From Rubripirellula sp. (GTDB lineage Bacteria > Planctomycetota > Planctomycetia > Pirellulales > Pirellulaceae), in contig OZ244207.1 of assembly GCA_965216875.1 (NCBI GenBank), forward strand, positions 6,208,001 through 6,272,000: a stretch of 64,000 nt of DNA, given 5' to 3'. Positions 41,053 to 50,335 of the stretch are shown piece by piece. Both the position numbers and the translations under genes were made by a program. Position 1 is the stretch's first letter; every line of letters begins with the position of its first letter. The notes below the pieces were generated by a model. That model did no database searches and was not told the DNA's origin. It saw only the letters and a list, made by a program, of their open reading frames with translations.

Positions 41053-42171
41053 TTGTCATCCGCAGCAACCATCGTGGCCGAGCCTGTCGAAAGCTCGCAG
41101 ATCACAACGTTCCCGCTCGAGCGGCCGTCGCTACGCGTGCGTCGTCGCGGATCGGTTGCGCACGGACTCTCGCTGCCCTACTTCATCGCAGGACCCGAGA
41201 ATCGAATGGTTTCGTTTGTGGCTCAGTCACAGAGCGAAGTCTTTGAACTAGGAAATCCGATTCTGCTGATCGGTCAAAGCGGCGTCGGCAAGACGTCGAT
41301 CGCCCTTCACTTGGCGGCGCGACATGCGGTCGAAATCGGCGACACATCGAGCGCGGCGGTGCATTACTTGCCAGCTGTCGATTTCGCCCGTCAGTACGCC
41401 GAAGCAGTCGATGCGGATGATATGCCGCCGCTGCGGGCTTCGCTTGACGATCCTCCGGTCCTGGTGATCGATGACCTGCACTTGATCGCCGACAAAGCAT
41501 CGGCCCAGGACGAATTGACGCGTCGCATCGACGCTCGGATTCAAGCCGGCAAAGCGACGCTGCTAACCTGTCGACGACTACCCGGCGAAGTTCGTGGAAT
41601 GCGACCGATGCTGGTTTCACGTGTGTTGCCGGGGCTCACGATTTCGATGAACCCGCCGATCGGCGACGCTCGCACCCTCCTGCTTCGCGAGTTTGCCATT
41701 CAGCACGACCTTGAACTTGGTGACGATCTTGTCGAGACACTTTCCTGTGGTCTCGATACCAGCCTGCCGACACGTTCGCTCGAGGCGGCGATCAAACAGC
41801 TGGCTCTTTGGTGTCGGATGAAGGATTCCGAGCCAACGATCGATGGTGTCCGTGCGACGATTGAGCTCATCGGCAAAGGTGACGAAGTGTCGCTCAGTTC
41901 GATCACCAATGGTGTTTCGCGTTACTTTCGGCTTAAGTCGGCCGATTTGCGAAGCAGTTCTCGCAAACAACAGATCGTCCGCGCCCGCTCTCTGGCAATG
42001 TTCCTTGCCCGCCGGATGACTTCCAAGAGCATGCACCAAATCGGAGCCTACTTTGGTGGTCGCGATCACACGACCGTCCTGCATGCGATCCGCAAAACCG
42101 AGTCTCTGGTCGAAGAGGACGTCGATTTGCGCCGTGCCGCCGAAGAGTTAACAGAAAAACTTGCTCGCTAG
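41053..42171 (+). CDS. dnaA: DnaA-family replication initiator lacking domain I
   Basis: FIAGPEN, GQSGVGKT, LVIDDLH, LVSR, domain IV IGAYFGGRDHTTVLHA; lies upstream of dnaN. Confidence 0.85.
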   Translation: MSSAATIVAEPVESSQITTFPLERPSLRVRRRGSVAHGLSLPYFIAGPENRMVSFVAQSQSEVFELGNPILLIGQSGVGKTSIALHLAARHAVEIGDTSSAAVHYLPAVDFARQYAEAVDADDMPPLRASLDDPPVLVIDDLHLIADKASAQDELTRRIDARIQAGKATLLTCRRLPGEVRGMRPMLVSRVLPGLTISMNPPIGDARTLLLREFAIQHDLELGDDLVETLSCGLDTSLPTRSLEAAIKQLALWCRMKDSEPTIDGVRATIELIGKGDEVSLSSITNGVSRYFRLKSADLRSSSRKQQIVRARSLAMFLARRMTSKSMHQIGAYFGGRDHTTVLHAIRKTESLVEEDVDLRRAAEELTEKLAR

Positions 42172-42553
42172 ATCCGGTGGATAAGTTGTTCACCGACCGT
42201 TGGATCTTGGTTGGCCCATCTGTTCGTCTTTTGCCAACCACCCTGACCCCCCGTTGATCGATGTCGGAAACCGGACTGTTTTCACACATCAATCCAACAG
42301 AAACCAACGAGTTTTCCACGGCTTCGGAGAGCACGTAAATCGTTTTCAGCAAGCGACTTGAGTGCGACACCAACAGGGTTACTGACGATTTTGGCCGACA
42401 CATTACGATGACGACGATATAAATAGAAATACTCTCTTAATGGAAGCACCACAGTGATTTTGGAAGGGACGCTGTACTAGGTGCTGTCTTTTGCAGCGAC
42501 AGGCGGTAAAACATCACCTTCGAAACAAAAGACCTCGGACCAGATCGGCTTCC
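42172..42553. other. Candidate replication origin (oriC) between dnaA and dnaN
   Basis: DnaA-box-like ggtggataa (42176-42184), gttttcaca (42278-42286) and ttttccacg (42312-42320); AT-rich tract at about 42415-42440. Confidence 0.6.
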
Positions 42554-43672
42554 ATGAAGATCACTTGCCAACGCGAACCACTTACCGCTGCTTTCTCACT
42601 CGCAGCCAGCATCGCACCTGCACGATCGCCCAAAGAGATCCTTCAAAACGTGAAGGTCACTGCCGCAGGCGGCAAGATCACGCTCACAGCAACCGATATG
42701 GAAGTCGGCATTCGGCTCGACCTCGAAGAGGGTGTTGAAGTCGAGACCGAGGGAACGGCATTGTTCCCCGTCAGCCGTACGATGGCGATCTTGCGGGAAA
42801 GCAACGACGAGAAACTTGAATTCGAAACCGACGACTCAGGAATCTTGGTTCGCGGCAGCCGCAGTAAGTTCAAACTGCCCGGCAACAATCCCGACGAGTT
42901 TCCGACCGTCGCCTCCTTTGACGAAGACAAATACCACGTCATTCCAACCCGCCTGTTCCGTGAGTTGGTCAAACGAACCGTTTTTGCGACCGATGCCGAA
43001 AGCAGTCGCTACGCACTCGGCGGTGTTCTGCTGGAGATGGAAGAAAGCAGCGTGATCGCGGTTGGCACCGACGGTCGACGATTGGCTCGCATGGAAGGCG
43101 AAGGCGAACCCCACGGCGGCCACCAGACGTCCGGAACAAGCACAATCGTTCCAACACGTGCAATCCAGCTGATGGAACGTGCACTTAACGACAAGGACGA
43201 AACGGTCGACGTTGCCGCCCGCAGCAACGACCTGCTGCTTCGCACCTCACAAGCGGTCATCTACTCGCGATTGGTCGAAGGTCGCTATCCAAACTGGCGA
43301 CAAGTCTTTCCGACGCGGGAATCGAGTGTTCAGCTCGACATGACGATCGGGCCATTGTTCGCCGCACTGCGTCAGGCTGCGATTGTGACCGACCACGAAA
43401 CGCGTGGAATCGATTTCACCTTTGCCGACGGCACACTCAAATTGGAAGCCAACACTGCGGACGTCGGTGAGTCGCATGTGGAACTGCCGATTCCCTACGA
43501 TGGCGAACCGATCACGCTGACGATGGACAACCGGTACGTTGCCGACTTCTGCAAAGTCCTCGACAACGAAGCCGCATTCGTGATGGACATCGAATCGAGT
43601 GCCGCTCCGGCCGTGTTGACCACCGAAGACGGTTACGGCTACGTCATCATGCCAATGGCCCGCGACCGCTAG
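42554..43672 (+). CDS. dnaN: DNA polymerase III beta clamp
   Basis: ATDMEV, GTDGRRLA, SRLVEGRYPNW, YVIMPM. Confidence 0.96.
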   Translation: MKITCQREPLTAAFSLAASIAPARSPKEILQNVKVTAAGGKITLTATDMEVGIRLDLEEGVEVETEGTALFPVSRTMAILRESNDEKLEFETDDSGILVRGSRSKFKLPGNNPDEFPTVASFDEDKYHVIPTRLFRELVKRTVFATDAESSRYALGGVLLEMEESSVIAVGTDGRRLARMEGEGEPHGGHQTSGTSTIVPTRAIQLMERALNDKDETVDVAARSNDLLLRTSQAVIYSRLVEGRYPNWRQVFPTRESSVQLDMTIGPLFAALRQAAIVTDHETRGIDFTFADGTLKLEANTADVGESHVELPIPYDGEPITLTMDNRYVADFCKVLDNEAAFVMDIESSAAPAVLTTEDGYGYVIMPMARDR

Positions 43673-43679
43673 TTTGTTT

Positions 43680-43756
43680 GTAGCTACCTTCGCCAGAAGG
43701 TGGTCCGTGCAAGCCGACCGCTCTCAACCACCCCACGCTCTGGCGAGCGTAGCTAC
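43680..43756. repeat. REP family B inverted doublet (GTAG-type)
   Basis: gtagctaccttcgccagaaggtgg ... ccacgctctggcgagcgtagctac. Confidence 0.85.
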
Positions 43757-43804
43757 GGGACTTCTAGACGAAACGGTGTTGGGACTTCGTAGGGACATGG
43801 TAAA

Positions 43805-44218
43805 TTGACTCTCGTGAGCGACTCGAACCAACCACCCTCGTCCCAGCCTTCCAAGCCAACGAAACGGTACCCCGCTTCGTCCTCTCAGCGTTCGTCTTCT
43901 CGAACCTCTCAAGTCCAAGAAGCCAAACCTCGGGTTCGCAAGATTGGATCGCTGGTCGGCCAGTTGATGTCGCGCCGCGGCTACGCTCAAGTCGCCGTCA
44001 ACGACGAACTGCAAGCGGTCATCGTTTCGGTAGTCGGAAGTGAAGTGGCAAACAGTCTGCAGGTTGGTAACCTCAAACGGGGCGTGCTGCAGGTGTATGC
44101 TTCCGATTCGGTGACGCTCCAGGAACTGAATTTTCAAAAGCGTCAGATCCTGAAAAAGATCCAAAAGGAAATGCCACAAAGTGGTGTGACCGATCTGCGA
44201 TTTCGCATCCAGGCGTGA
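43805..44218 (+). CDS. DUF721 / DciA-like protein
   Basis: LKRGVLQVYASDSVTLQELNFQKRQIL..LRFRI; follows dnaN. Confidence 0.8.
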   Translation: MTLVSDSNQPPSSQPSKPTKRYPASSSQRSSSRTSQVQEAKPRVRKIGSLVGQLMSRRGYAQVAVNDELQAVIVSVVGSEVANSLQVGNLKRGVLQVYASDSVTLQELNFQKRQILKKIQKEMPQSGVTDLRFRIQA

Positions 44219-44856
44219 TGTCCAAAACCGATCAAATCATTCGCGGCGAAGACGGGACACGTCGCTGTTGGTGGTGCGGCAGCGATCCTCTTTACGTTTC
44301 CTATCATGACAACGAATGGGGCCAGCCGGTCGCAGATGACAACCGCCTGTTCGAGAAGATCTGTCTCGAAGGCTTTCAGTCGGGGCTCAGCTGGATCACC
44401 GTGCTGCGAAAACGCGAAGCCTTCCGCGAAGCCTTTTCCGATTTTGATTTCAACAAGGTTGCCAAGTTTGGCAAAGCTCGCGTCGACAAATTGGTCACCA
44501 ACGCCGCGATCATTCGCCATCGCGGCAAGATCGAATCGACCATCAACAACGCCAACCGTGCGATCGAGATGCAAGCCGAGTTCGGATCTCTTGCTGCCTT
44601 CTTCTGGCAATACGAACCGGCTCGGCCGCCAGTGCTAAAGAACCGCGCCGAGATTCAGGCAACCACCGAAGAGTCGACAGCGCTCAGCAAAGAACTCAAA
44701 CGTCGTGGTTGGAGCTTCGTCGGACCCACCACCTGCTACGCCTTCATGCAGGCAATGGGAATGGTCAACGATCACCTCAAAACATGCGACGCATGGAAAG
44801 TGATCGACCAGGCAAGAAAGAACTTCAAGCGACCTCCCGTGAGCCGAACGCGCTAG
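44218..44856 (+). CDS. tag: DNA-3-methyladenine glycosylase I
   Basis: RCWW, YHDNEWG, LEGFQSGLSW, IIRHRGKI, FVGPT, GMVNDHL..C. Confidence 0.95.
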   Translation: MSKTDQIIRGEDGTRRCWWCGSDPLYVSYHDNEWGQPVADDNRLFEKICLEGFQSGLSWITVLRKREAFREAFSDFDFNKVAKFGKARVDKLVTNAAIIRHRGKIESTINNANRAIEMQAEFGSLAAFFWQYEPARPPVLKNRAEIQATTEESTALSKELKRRGWSFVGPTTCYAFMQAMGMVNDHLKTCDAWKVIDQARKNFKRPPVSRTR

Positions 44857-45484
44857 CTAGCGTCGGGCCTTAGAGTTTTTATTCCTCGTAGCTACGCTCG
44901 CCAGAGCGTGGGGAAGTGGACGCCGGCGTGCCATTGTGAATCACCTTCTGGCGAAGGTAGCTACGGACCTTTCTTGGTATGTTGCAATACTGGCGGCTAG
45001 ACCTCCGCCGCCGAATTCAACGATAGTGACCAGGTCGATCCTACCTAAGGAACACCTATGCGATTCGGATTGAAATCTGCATTGCTGATTGTCATGGCCG
45101 CAGCCTGTGTGTTTGCTTTCGCAACCGCCATTCAGAGGTACAAAATCCAACGCCTTGAAAAAATGCGTGCAGACCTAAGGATAGCGCCAAATGCGACGCT
45201 AGAAATCCTTGACCGTAAAGACGATCACTACCTCATGCTTGTAGGATTCAAGAATAAGTATGAACTGATAGTATCCGTGAACTATAACCGTGGTCGTACC
45301 TGGGGCATTGTGAGAGGCTTCCCGGACGGCTCCTCTGTTGACAGGGATGTCGACTATTGGCAGGAATACGATGGACCTCCGACTCCAAGGCAAATCATGT
45401 TGTTTCGCGACCGCTACTTCCGCTAGCGTCGGGCCTTGCAATATTGCTTTCTCGTAGGGCCCGACGCTAGCGCGTTCGGCTCAC
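44839..45484. repeat. REP family C doublet enclosing a REP-B doublet and a cargo gene
   Basis: Left arm gtgagccgaacgcgctag(ctag)cgtcgggcctt; right arm ggcccgacgctagcgcgttcggctcac; gene-free counterpart at 62826-62945. Confidence 0.75.
45058..45426 (+). CDS. Small membrane-anchored or exported hypothetical protein
   Basis: AAGGA RBS, N-terminus MRFGLKSALLIVMAAA; more AT-rich codons than its neighbours. Confidence 0.65.
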   Translation: MRFGLKSALLIVMAAACVFAFATAIQRYKIQRLEKMRADLRIAPNATLEILDRKDDHYLMLVGFKNKYELIVSVNYNRGRTWGIVRGFPDGSSVDRDVDYWQEYDGPPTPRQIMLFRDRYFR

Positions 45485-45556
45485 AAAGAGAGGACGCGGG
45501 GAGGTCTGAGAGTGCGTTCCCACGCAGAGCTTGGGAACGAGGGTGAGGCCGAGTGT

Positions 45557-46921
45557 TTATGCGAACACGTCTCGTACCGTTTCGCCGCCGATCACGAGCG
45601 GTCGATTGCTGCGGTCATAGATTTCCGTCAACGGATCGATGCCCATCAGTTCATAGATCGTCGCGGCCAAGTCTTCGGGTTTGACAGGATTTTCCTCGGG
45701 GAACTTGGCTCGTGCGTCCGACCGACCGTGAACGTAACCCCCCTTCACTCCCCCGCCCGCCAGCAGCGTCGTATAGCACTGGGGCCAATGATCGCGACTC
45801 AGGTTCTTGTTGATCTCGGGGGTACGTCCAAACTCGCCCATCCAAACGACAAGGGTTTCATCGAGTAGTCCCCGTTCTTCTAAGTCATCAAGCAAGGTCG
45901 GCAAGGTTTGATCGGTGATCGGCAAGTGATAGTTGTTGACGATTTTGTACATCCGCGTGTTATCAAAACCGTGCGTGTCCCAACCGCCAGAACCAACCTT
46001 TCGGCCGCCGATACTGTTGGAGAAATAGACCGTCACAAACTTCACGCCCGATTCGACCAATCGTCGAGCCATCAAGCAGCTTTGTCCATACGAGGTTCGT
46101 CCGTACCGATCACGCATCGCTTCACTTTCGGACGACAAATCGAATGCCTTTCGAACGCGATCCGACGTGAGCATGCCGATCGCACGTTCGTAGTACTCGT
46201 CGAAACCTTGAGCTTCACCCGAATACTCGAGCAGTCTGGCTTGTTGGTCGACAAGCTTTTGCATTTCGCGGCGACGGTGCAAACGATCAATCGTCAAGCC
46301 GCTCGGCAGGCTCAATTCGGGCAATTTGAAATTGGGATCGTTTGGATCTTCAAGGAACAACAGTGGGTCATGACGCTTGCCGAGAAAACTGGCATGTTGG
46401 GCGGGAACAATCGACCCGTCACGAATCACATGCGGGTAGGCGACGGAGGTGGGCATGCCGTTGGTGTTGGGCGCCAAGTGATCCACAACACTGCCATAGG
46501 CTGGATAGAGATCAAGCGAATCGCGTAGACGTTGATCATCGGAAGGAGGTTCATGACCACTGAGTGCATAGTAGCCCGCCGAGGCATGATTCTTCATCGT
46601 GTGCGTCATCGTACGAATCAGCGACACGTGATGCATTCGCTTGGCCATCTCGGGAAGCAACTCACAGACCTGAATGCCATCGGCACTCGACGAGATCGGT
46701 CGATAGGGACTGCGAACGGTATCGGGAGCGTTCGGCTTCATGTCGAACGTATCAAGCTGGCTGGGACCGCCCCATTGAAACAAAAAGATGACCGACTTGG
46801 CACGTTTTTTGAGTTTTTGGGTTCGATCGGAACCGCGCAAGATTCGCGGCATCGATAGTCCCAACATCCCTGCACCGCAGGCACGCAGGATTGAGCGGCG
46901 ATGATAGGCAGCCGGATTCAT
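45557..46921 (-). CDS. DUF1501 domain protein (Tat-like signal)
   Basis: RRSIL, GGPSQLDTFDMKP, ARRLVESGV, WDTH, GEFGRTP, RDHWP. Confidence 0.93.
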   Translation of the reverse strand: MNPAAYHRRSILRACGAGMLGLSMPRILRGSDRTQKLKKRAKSVIFLFQWGGPSQLDTFDMKPNAPDTVRSPYRPISSSADGIQVCELLPEMAKRMHHVSLIRTMTHTMKNHASAGYYALSGHEPPSDDQRLRDSLDLYPAYGSVVDHLAPNTNGMPTSVAYPHVIRDGSIVPAQHASFLGKRHDPLLFLEDPNDPNFKLPELSLPSGLTIDRLHRRREMQKLVDQQARLLEYSGEAQGFDEYYERAIGMLTSDRVRKAFDLSSESEAMRDRYGRTSYGQSCLMARRLVESGVKFVTVYFSNSIGGRKVGSGGWDTHGFDNTRMYKIVNNYHLPITDQTLPTLLDDLEERGLLDETLVVWMGEFGRTPEINKNLSRDHWPQCYTTLLAGGGVKGGYVHGRSDARAKFPEENPVKPEDLAATIYELMGIDPLTEIYDRSNRPLVIGGETVRDVFA

Positions 46922-46940
46922 GTCGTCGTTTTCCTATCGA

Positions 46941-49166
46941 TCAATGGCGGAACAAAAACTCTTTCGCGTTCAGCAATGCCCAGGTGATGTCCTGGAGTGC
47001 GACAACACGCTCTTTCGAAGCTTCGATCATCTTCAACGCGGCCGCTTCTTCCGAGGGCGATGGAGCACGCGACAACGCCGTCCAATAAAGTTCATCGATC
47101 ACTTCGGTATTGGATTGAGTCGACGACGCTAACTTGCCAAGACGACTTTGCTGATCATCAAGTCGTTCACTGAGCCCAGAGCCGATCAGTGTGAACACTT
47201 GCTTGAGTGTTGTTTCGTTGCTTCGTTCGCAATCACACGCCAGGATGCGTTCCGGTTTGCCAAACGTTTTCAAAAAACGATCACCCGATTTGGGCGCTTC
47301 GTCACGCGGCCGTTTCTTATGCACGCCAGGAAGCTGCACCGCTCGAATCGCATCTTTGTAGCCTACAAACTTTGCCGGTACGCCAAGGACATCACTTTGC
47401 ATGTCCAAAATCACTTCGGCCGGCAGCCGTCGAACCAGTGCCCGCGAATAGCTTGTCGTGTCATCACGATTGCTGGCCGTGGGGTACGTAGACAATTGGT
47501 AGGTCGTGGAATTCATGATCGTGCGAACGAGCGATCGCAGATCGAATCCACTGGCGACGAATTGATCGGAAAGCCAATCCATCAAGGGTGGGTTTGACGG
47601 GGGATTGGTTAGCCGAAAATCATCAATCGGGTCGACGAGGCCCCGGCCCATAACGTGATACCAAACGAAGTTGGTCTGCGACTGTGCAAACAATCGGTTC
47701 TCTGGCGACGTGAGCCACTGGCCGAGTGCCGGCAACCGCTTGTTGATGTCACCATCATCAAACGAACTTCCACCCAGGAATTTCGGGGCGGCAACCTTTC
47801 CCGTTGTTGGGTTGCGAACTTCGTTTTGCTTGGAAACCAAGACGGTCTGTTCGCCTACAAACTCATTCTTGTCTAGCTTGTCGGCCCGCTTGTTCTCGCC
47901 AACTTCGTAGTCAATTTGCGAAAACAGATTGCTCCACCGGTAGTAATCGTCCTGGGTCCAGCGATCAAACGGGTGGTTGTGGCACTTGGCACATTGCAAC
48001 CGTGTTCCAAGAAACAACCGAGCGGTGGTTTCGCCGCGTGTGCTTGGATCACGATTGGCACGATAGAAGTTTGCGGGCGGTTCTTTGAACGTGCTTCCCG
48101 TTCCGGTGACCAATTCACGAACGAACTGGTCTACCGGTTTCGCTTCGGCAATGCTCTTTCGGATCCAACTGTGAAAAAGGTCGACCCCTTTGGGATCCAA
48201 CACTTTCTCTTCCGTTCGCAGGATGTCTGCCCATTTGAGTGCCCAATAATCAGCAAACTCTTCTCGCGACAACAGTGAATCAATCAGCTTGCTTCGCTTG
48301 TCTGTCGACGAGTCAGCAACAAAGTCTTTCGCTTCATCGGCGGTGGGGAGCCGGCCGATTGCATCAAGGAAAGCTCGCCGAACGAAGACGTTGTCCGAGC
48401 AAACCTCCGAGGGATTGATTCGAAGTTTCTTGAGCTTGGCGAAAACATGTTGATCGATCGCGTTGTTTTCTTTCGGTGCGTTCCAACGAAAATCGGGACG
48501 CTCGTCGATAAACGCAATCGACACAGGCACCTGCTTGTTCAGGTAGCGAACAATCAAAGTGGTCTCGCAGAACTTGTTACGAGAAACCACACCGGAAGGG
48601 GCAACGGTTGCATCAAGATTGGAGAGCTCGTAACAAGCACGATCGGTGACATCGCGAGTGGATCCATCGGCAAAGTATGCCGTGACACTGACGGCGACTT
48701 GCTCGTTGGGAGCGGCAACGATCGCTGATTTGGGTTCGACGTCAAGACGCACGACTCGCGGCGTGTCGTGCGACGGCGCTTTTGTGCCTTGAACGATCCA
48801 GTCCAATAGAACGCCATACTCTTTTGAATCTTGTTTGAATCGTTGGCCGCCTCGGTGTGGGGTTTCGCCCGTTGCTTTTCGCAACAACAGGCTCTGGGCC
48901 GGCGCGTTTGCATTGACGCGGCGACCACGCGACGCAAGAACAAGAGCGTGGTAATCAAAGACGGGGTCCTCCCCGCGCAGCGACAACTTCATGCCACCTT
49001 TGCCATTCAAATTGCCGTGACAGGTACCCGCGTTGCAGCCAGCCTTGGACAAAACGCTCATCACATCAACTGAGAAGTTGACTGGCAGTTCAGCTTGAGG
49101 CTCGGCAGAAGTGGTGTTGGAAACCGAGGCGGCAAGCAAAACGATTCCGAGTAAAACGCGGATCAT
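46941..49166 (-). CDS. DUF1549/DUF1553 (PSCyt2/PSD1) domain protein
   Basis: GCNAGTCHG, RRAFLDAIGRLPT, CAKCHNHP, GRGLVDPIDD, CDCER, WALLNAKEF; start uncertain (49166 or 49193). Confidence 0.92.
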   Translation of the reverse strand: MIRVLLGIVLLAASVSNTTSAEPQAELPVNFSVDVMSVLSKAGCNAGTCHGNLNGKGGMKLSLRGEDPVFDYHALVLASRGRRVNANAPAQSLLLRKATGETPHRGGQRFKQDSKEYGVLLDWIVQGTKAPSHDTPRVVRLDVEPKSAIVAAPNEQVAVSVTAYFADGSTRDVTDRACYELSNLDATVAPSGVVSRNKFCETTLIVRYLNKQVPVSIAFIDERPDFRWNAPKENNAIDQHVFAKLKKLRINPSEVCSDNVFVRRAFLDAIGRLPTADEAKDFVADSSTDKRSKLIDSLLSREEFADYWALKWADILRTEEKVLDPKGVDLFHSWIRKSIAEAKPVDQFVRELVTGTGSTFKEPPANFYRANRDPSTRGETTARLFLGTRLQCAKCHNHPFDRWTQDDYYRWSNLFSQIDYEVGENKRADKLDKNEFVGEQTVLVSKQNEVRNPTTGKVAAPKFLGGSSFDDGDINKRLPALGQWLTSPENRLFAQSQTNFVWYHVMGRGLVDPIDDFRLTNPPSNPPLMDWLSDQFVASGFDLRSLVRTIMNSTTYQLSTYPTASNRDDTTSYSRALVRRLPAEVILDMQSDVLGVPAKFVGYKDAIRAVQLPGVHKKRPRDEAPKSGDRFLKTFGKPERILACDCERSNETTLKQVFTLIGSGLSERLDDQQSRLGKLASSTQSNTEVIDELYWTALSRAPSPSEEAAALKMIEASKERVVALQDITWALLNAKEFLFRH

Positions 49167-49471
49167 TGGTGCATGGGGCGTGACGGTGGGCAACGCAAAG
49201 GTGGGTCGTTTCAGCCGAGTTGCGGCCGAAGTCAGCGTTGGCGGTGGGATCTCATTCTACTGACAACCGCCAGCCGAGGCGCGGTCAGAATCGCAGGAAT
49301 CGCAGCTCGTCTTGGCAAGTTAGGTCGGAAAATCTCACAAAATTGAGCCGAGACACGCGTAATGTGGCCGAGACCCTTTCGCGCGTGGGATAGGGGCCCG
49401 AGTGGACAGGGGCCCGAGGCCTCACGGACAGCGGATCATGATTTGCGCAAGAAGTTGTTCTGGTCCAGCAA

Positions 49472-49576
49472 TCACCCTCCCGCTTGCGGGAGGGTCGGAC
49501 GCAAAGTCCGGGGAGGGTCTTGGATGTGCTAGCCCTCTCCGGGCCTTAGAGCCCGACTCTCCCAAGGGAGAGTGTT
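49472..49576. repeat. REP family E composite hairpin element
   Basis: caccctcccgcttgcgggagggtcggac..ctctcccaagggagagtgtt; inverted near-identical copy at 52868-52977. Confidence 0.85.
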
Positions 49577-49602
49577 AACGTGCAAGATTGCAATCCTCAG
49601 CA

Positions 49603-50148
49603 CTAGGCCCCTTCCGGCCCAATTTCCCGCTGAACGCAAACCGCCAGCTTGTCTCTCAAGCGACCGAGCAGCTTGTAGAGCGAATTGACCGACTTGTTGC
49701 AGTCCTCGGCGATCTTCTTCACACGTCCGTCGCCCGCATAGGGTGCGAGAAGTAGCTGTTGGTGGTGATCCGAGAATTTGGCCAGGCAAACGTTCAATGC
49801 TTGTCGAACGGCAACCACACTTTCGTTGTCGATGGCGTCGGCTTCATCGGCGATCAGTTTCAACACCTCGTCGCTCAAGACGTGGCGATCACGGCGCACC
49901 GAAGCAATCGCGGAGAGGCATTTGAAGCGCAGGATGACCTTGGCCCAGGGAAGAAACCCATCTTCGCCGTTGAGTTGGCCGAGCTTTTCCCACATCGTCA
50001 CGCTGGCTTCCTGGAGGGCGTCGTCGACCGTATTCCAATCGGGCAACATCGACCGCGCGTAGGCTCGTAGCGCCGGCTCGTGCTTGACGAACAGCCGCAT
50101 GAAGTCGCCTTCAGAAAGCGGGTTCGATTCGGAGGTAGAAGAAGCCAT
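49603..50148 (-). CDS. ECF sigma-70 factor (Rhodopirellula/Verrucomicrobium type)
   Basis: DDALQEASVTMWEK, FLPWA, region 4 KIAE..SVNSLYKLLGRLR. Confidence 0.9.
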   Translation of the reverse strand: MASSTSESNPLSEGDFMRLFVKHEPALRAYARSMLPDWNTVDDALQEASVTMWEKLGQLNGEDGFLPWAKVILRFKCLSAIASVRRDRHVLSDEVLKLIADEADAIDNESVVAVRQALNVCLAKFSDHHQQLLLAPYAGDGRVKKIAEDCNKSVNSLYKLLGRLRDKLAVCVQREIGPEGA

Positions 50149-50335
50149 AACGTCCTATTCAAGTCCGGCGACAAACCTGCCGCAAGTTTTTTGCAGGTCA
50201 AACAGAACCTGCTCCGCGTGGTCAGGACCGTTTGTAGTCCCGCCTTCAGGCGGAAGAGTCTGAAGATTCCGGCTAAAGCTCGGTACTACGAACTGCGCGG
50301 CTCACAAGAGCGTCTCTCGAGCTCCACGAACTGGC

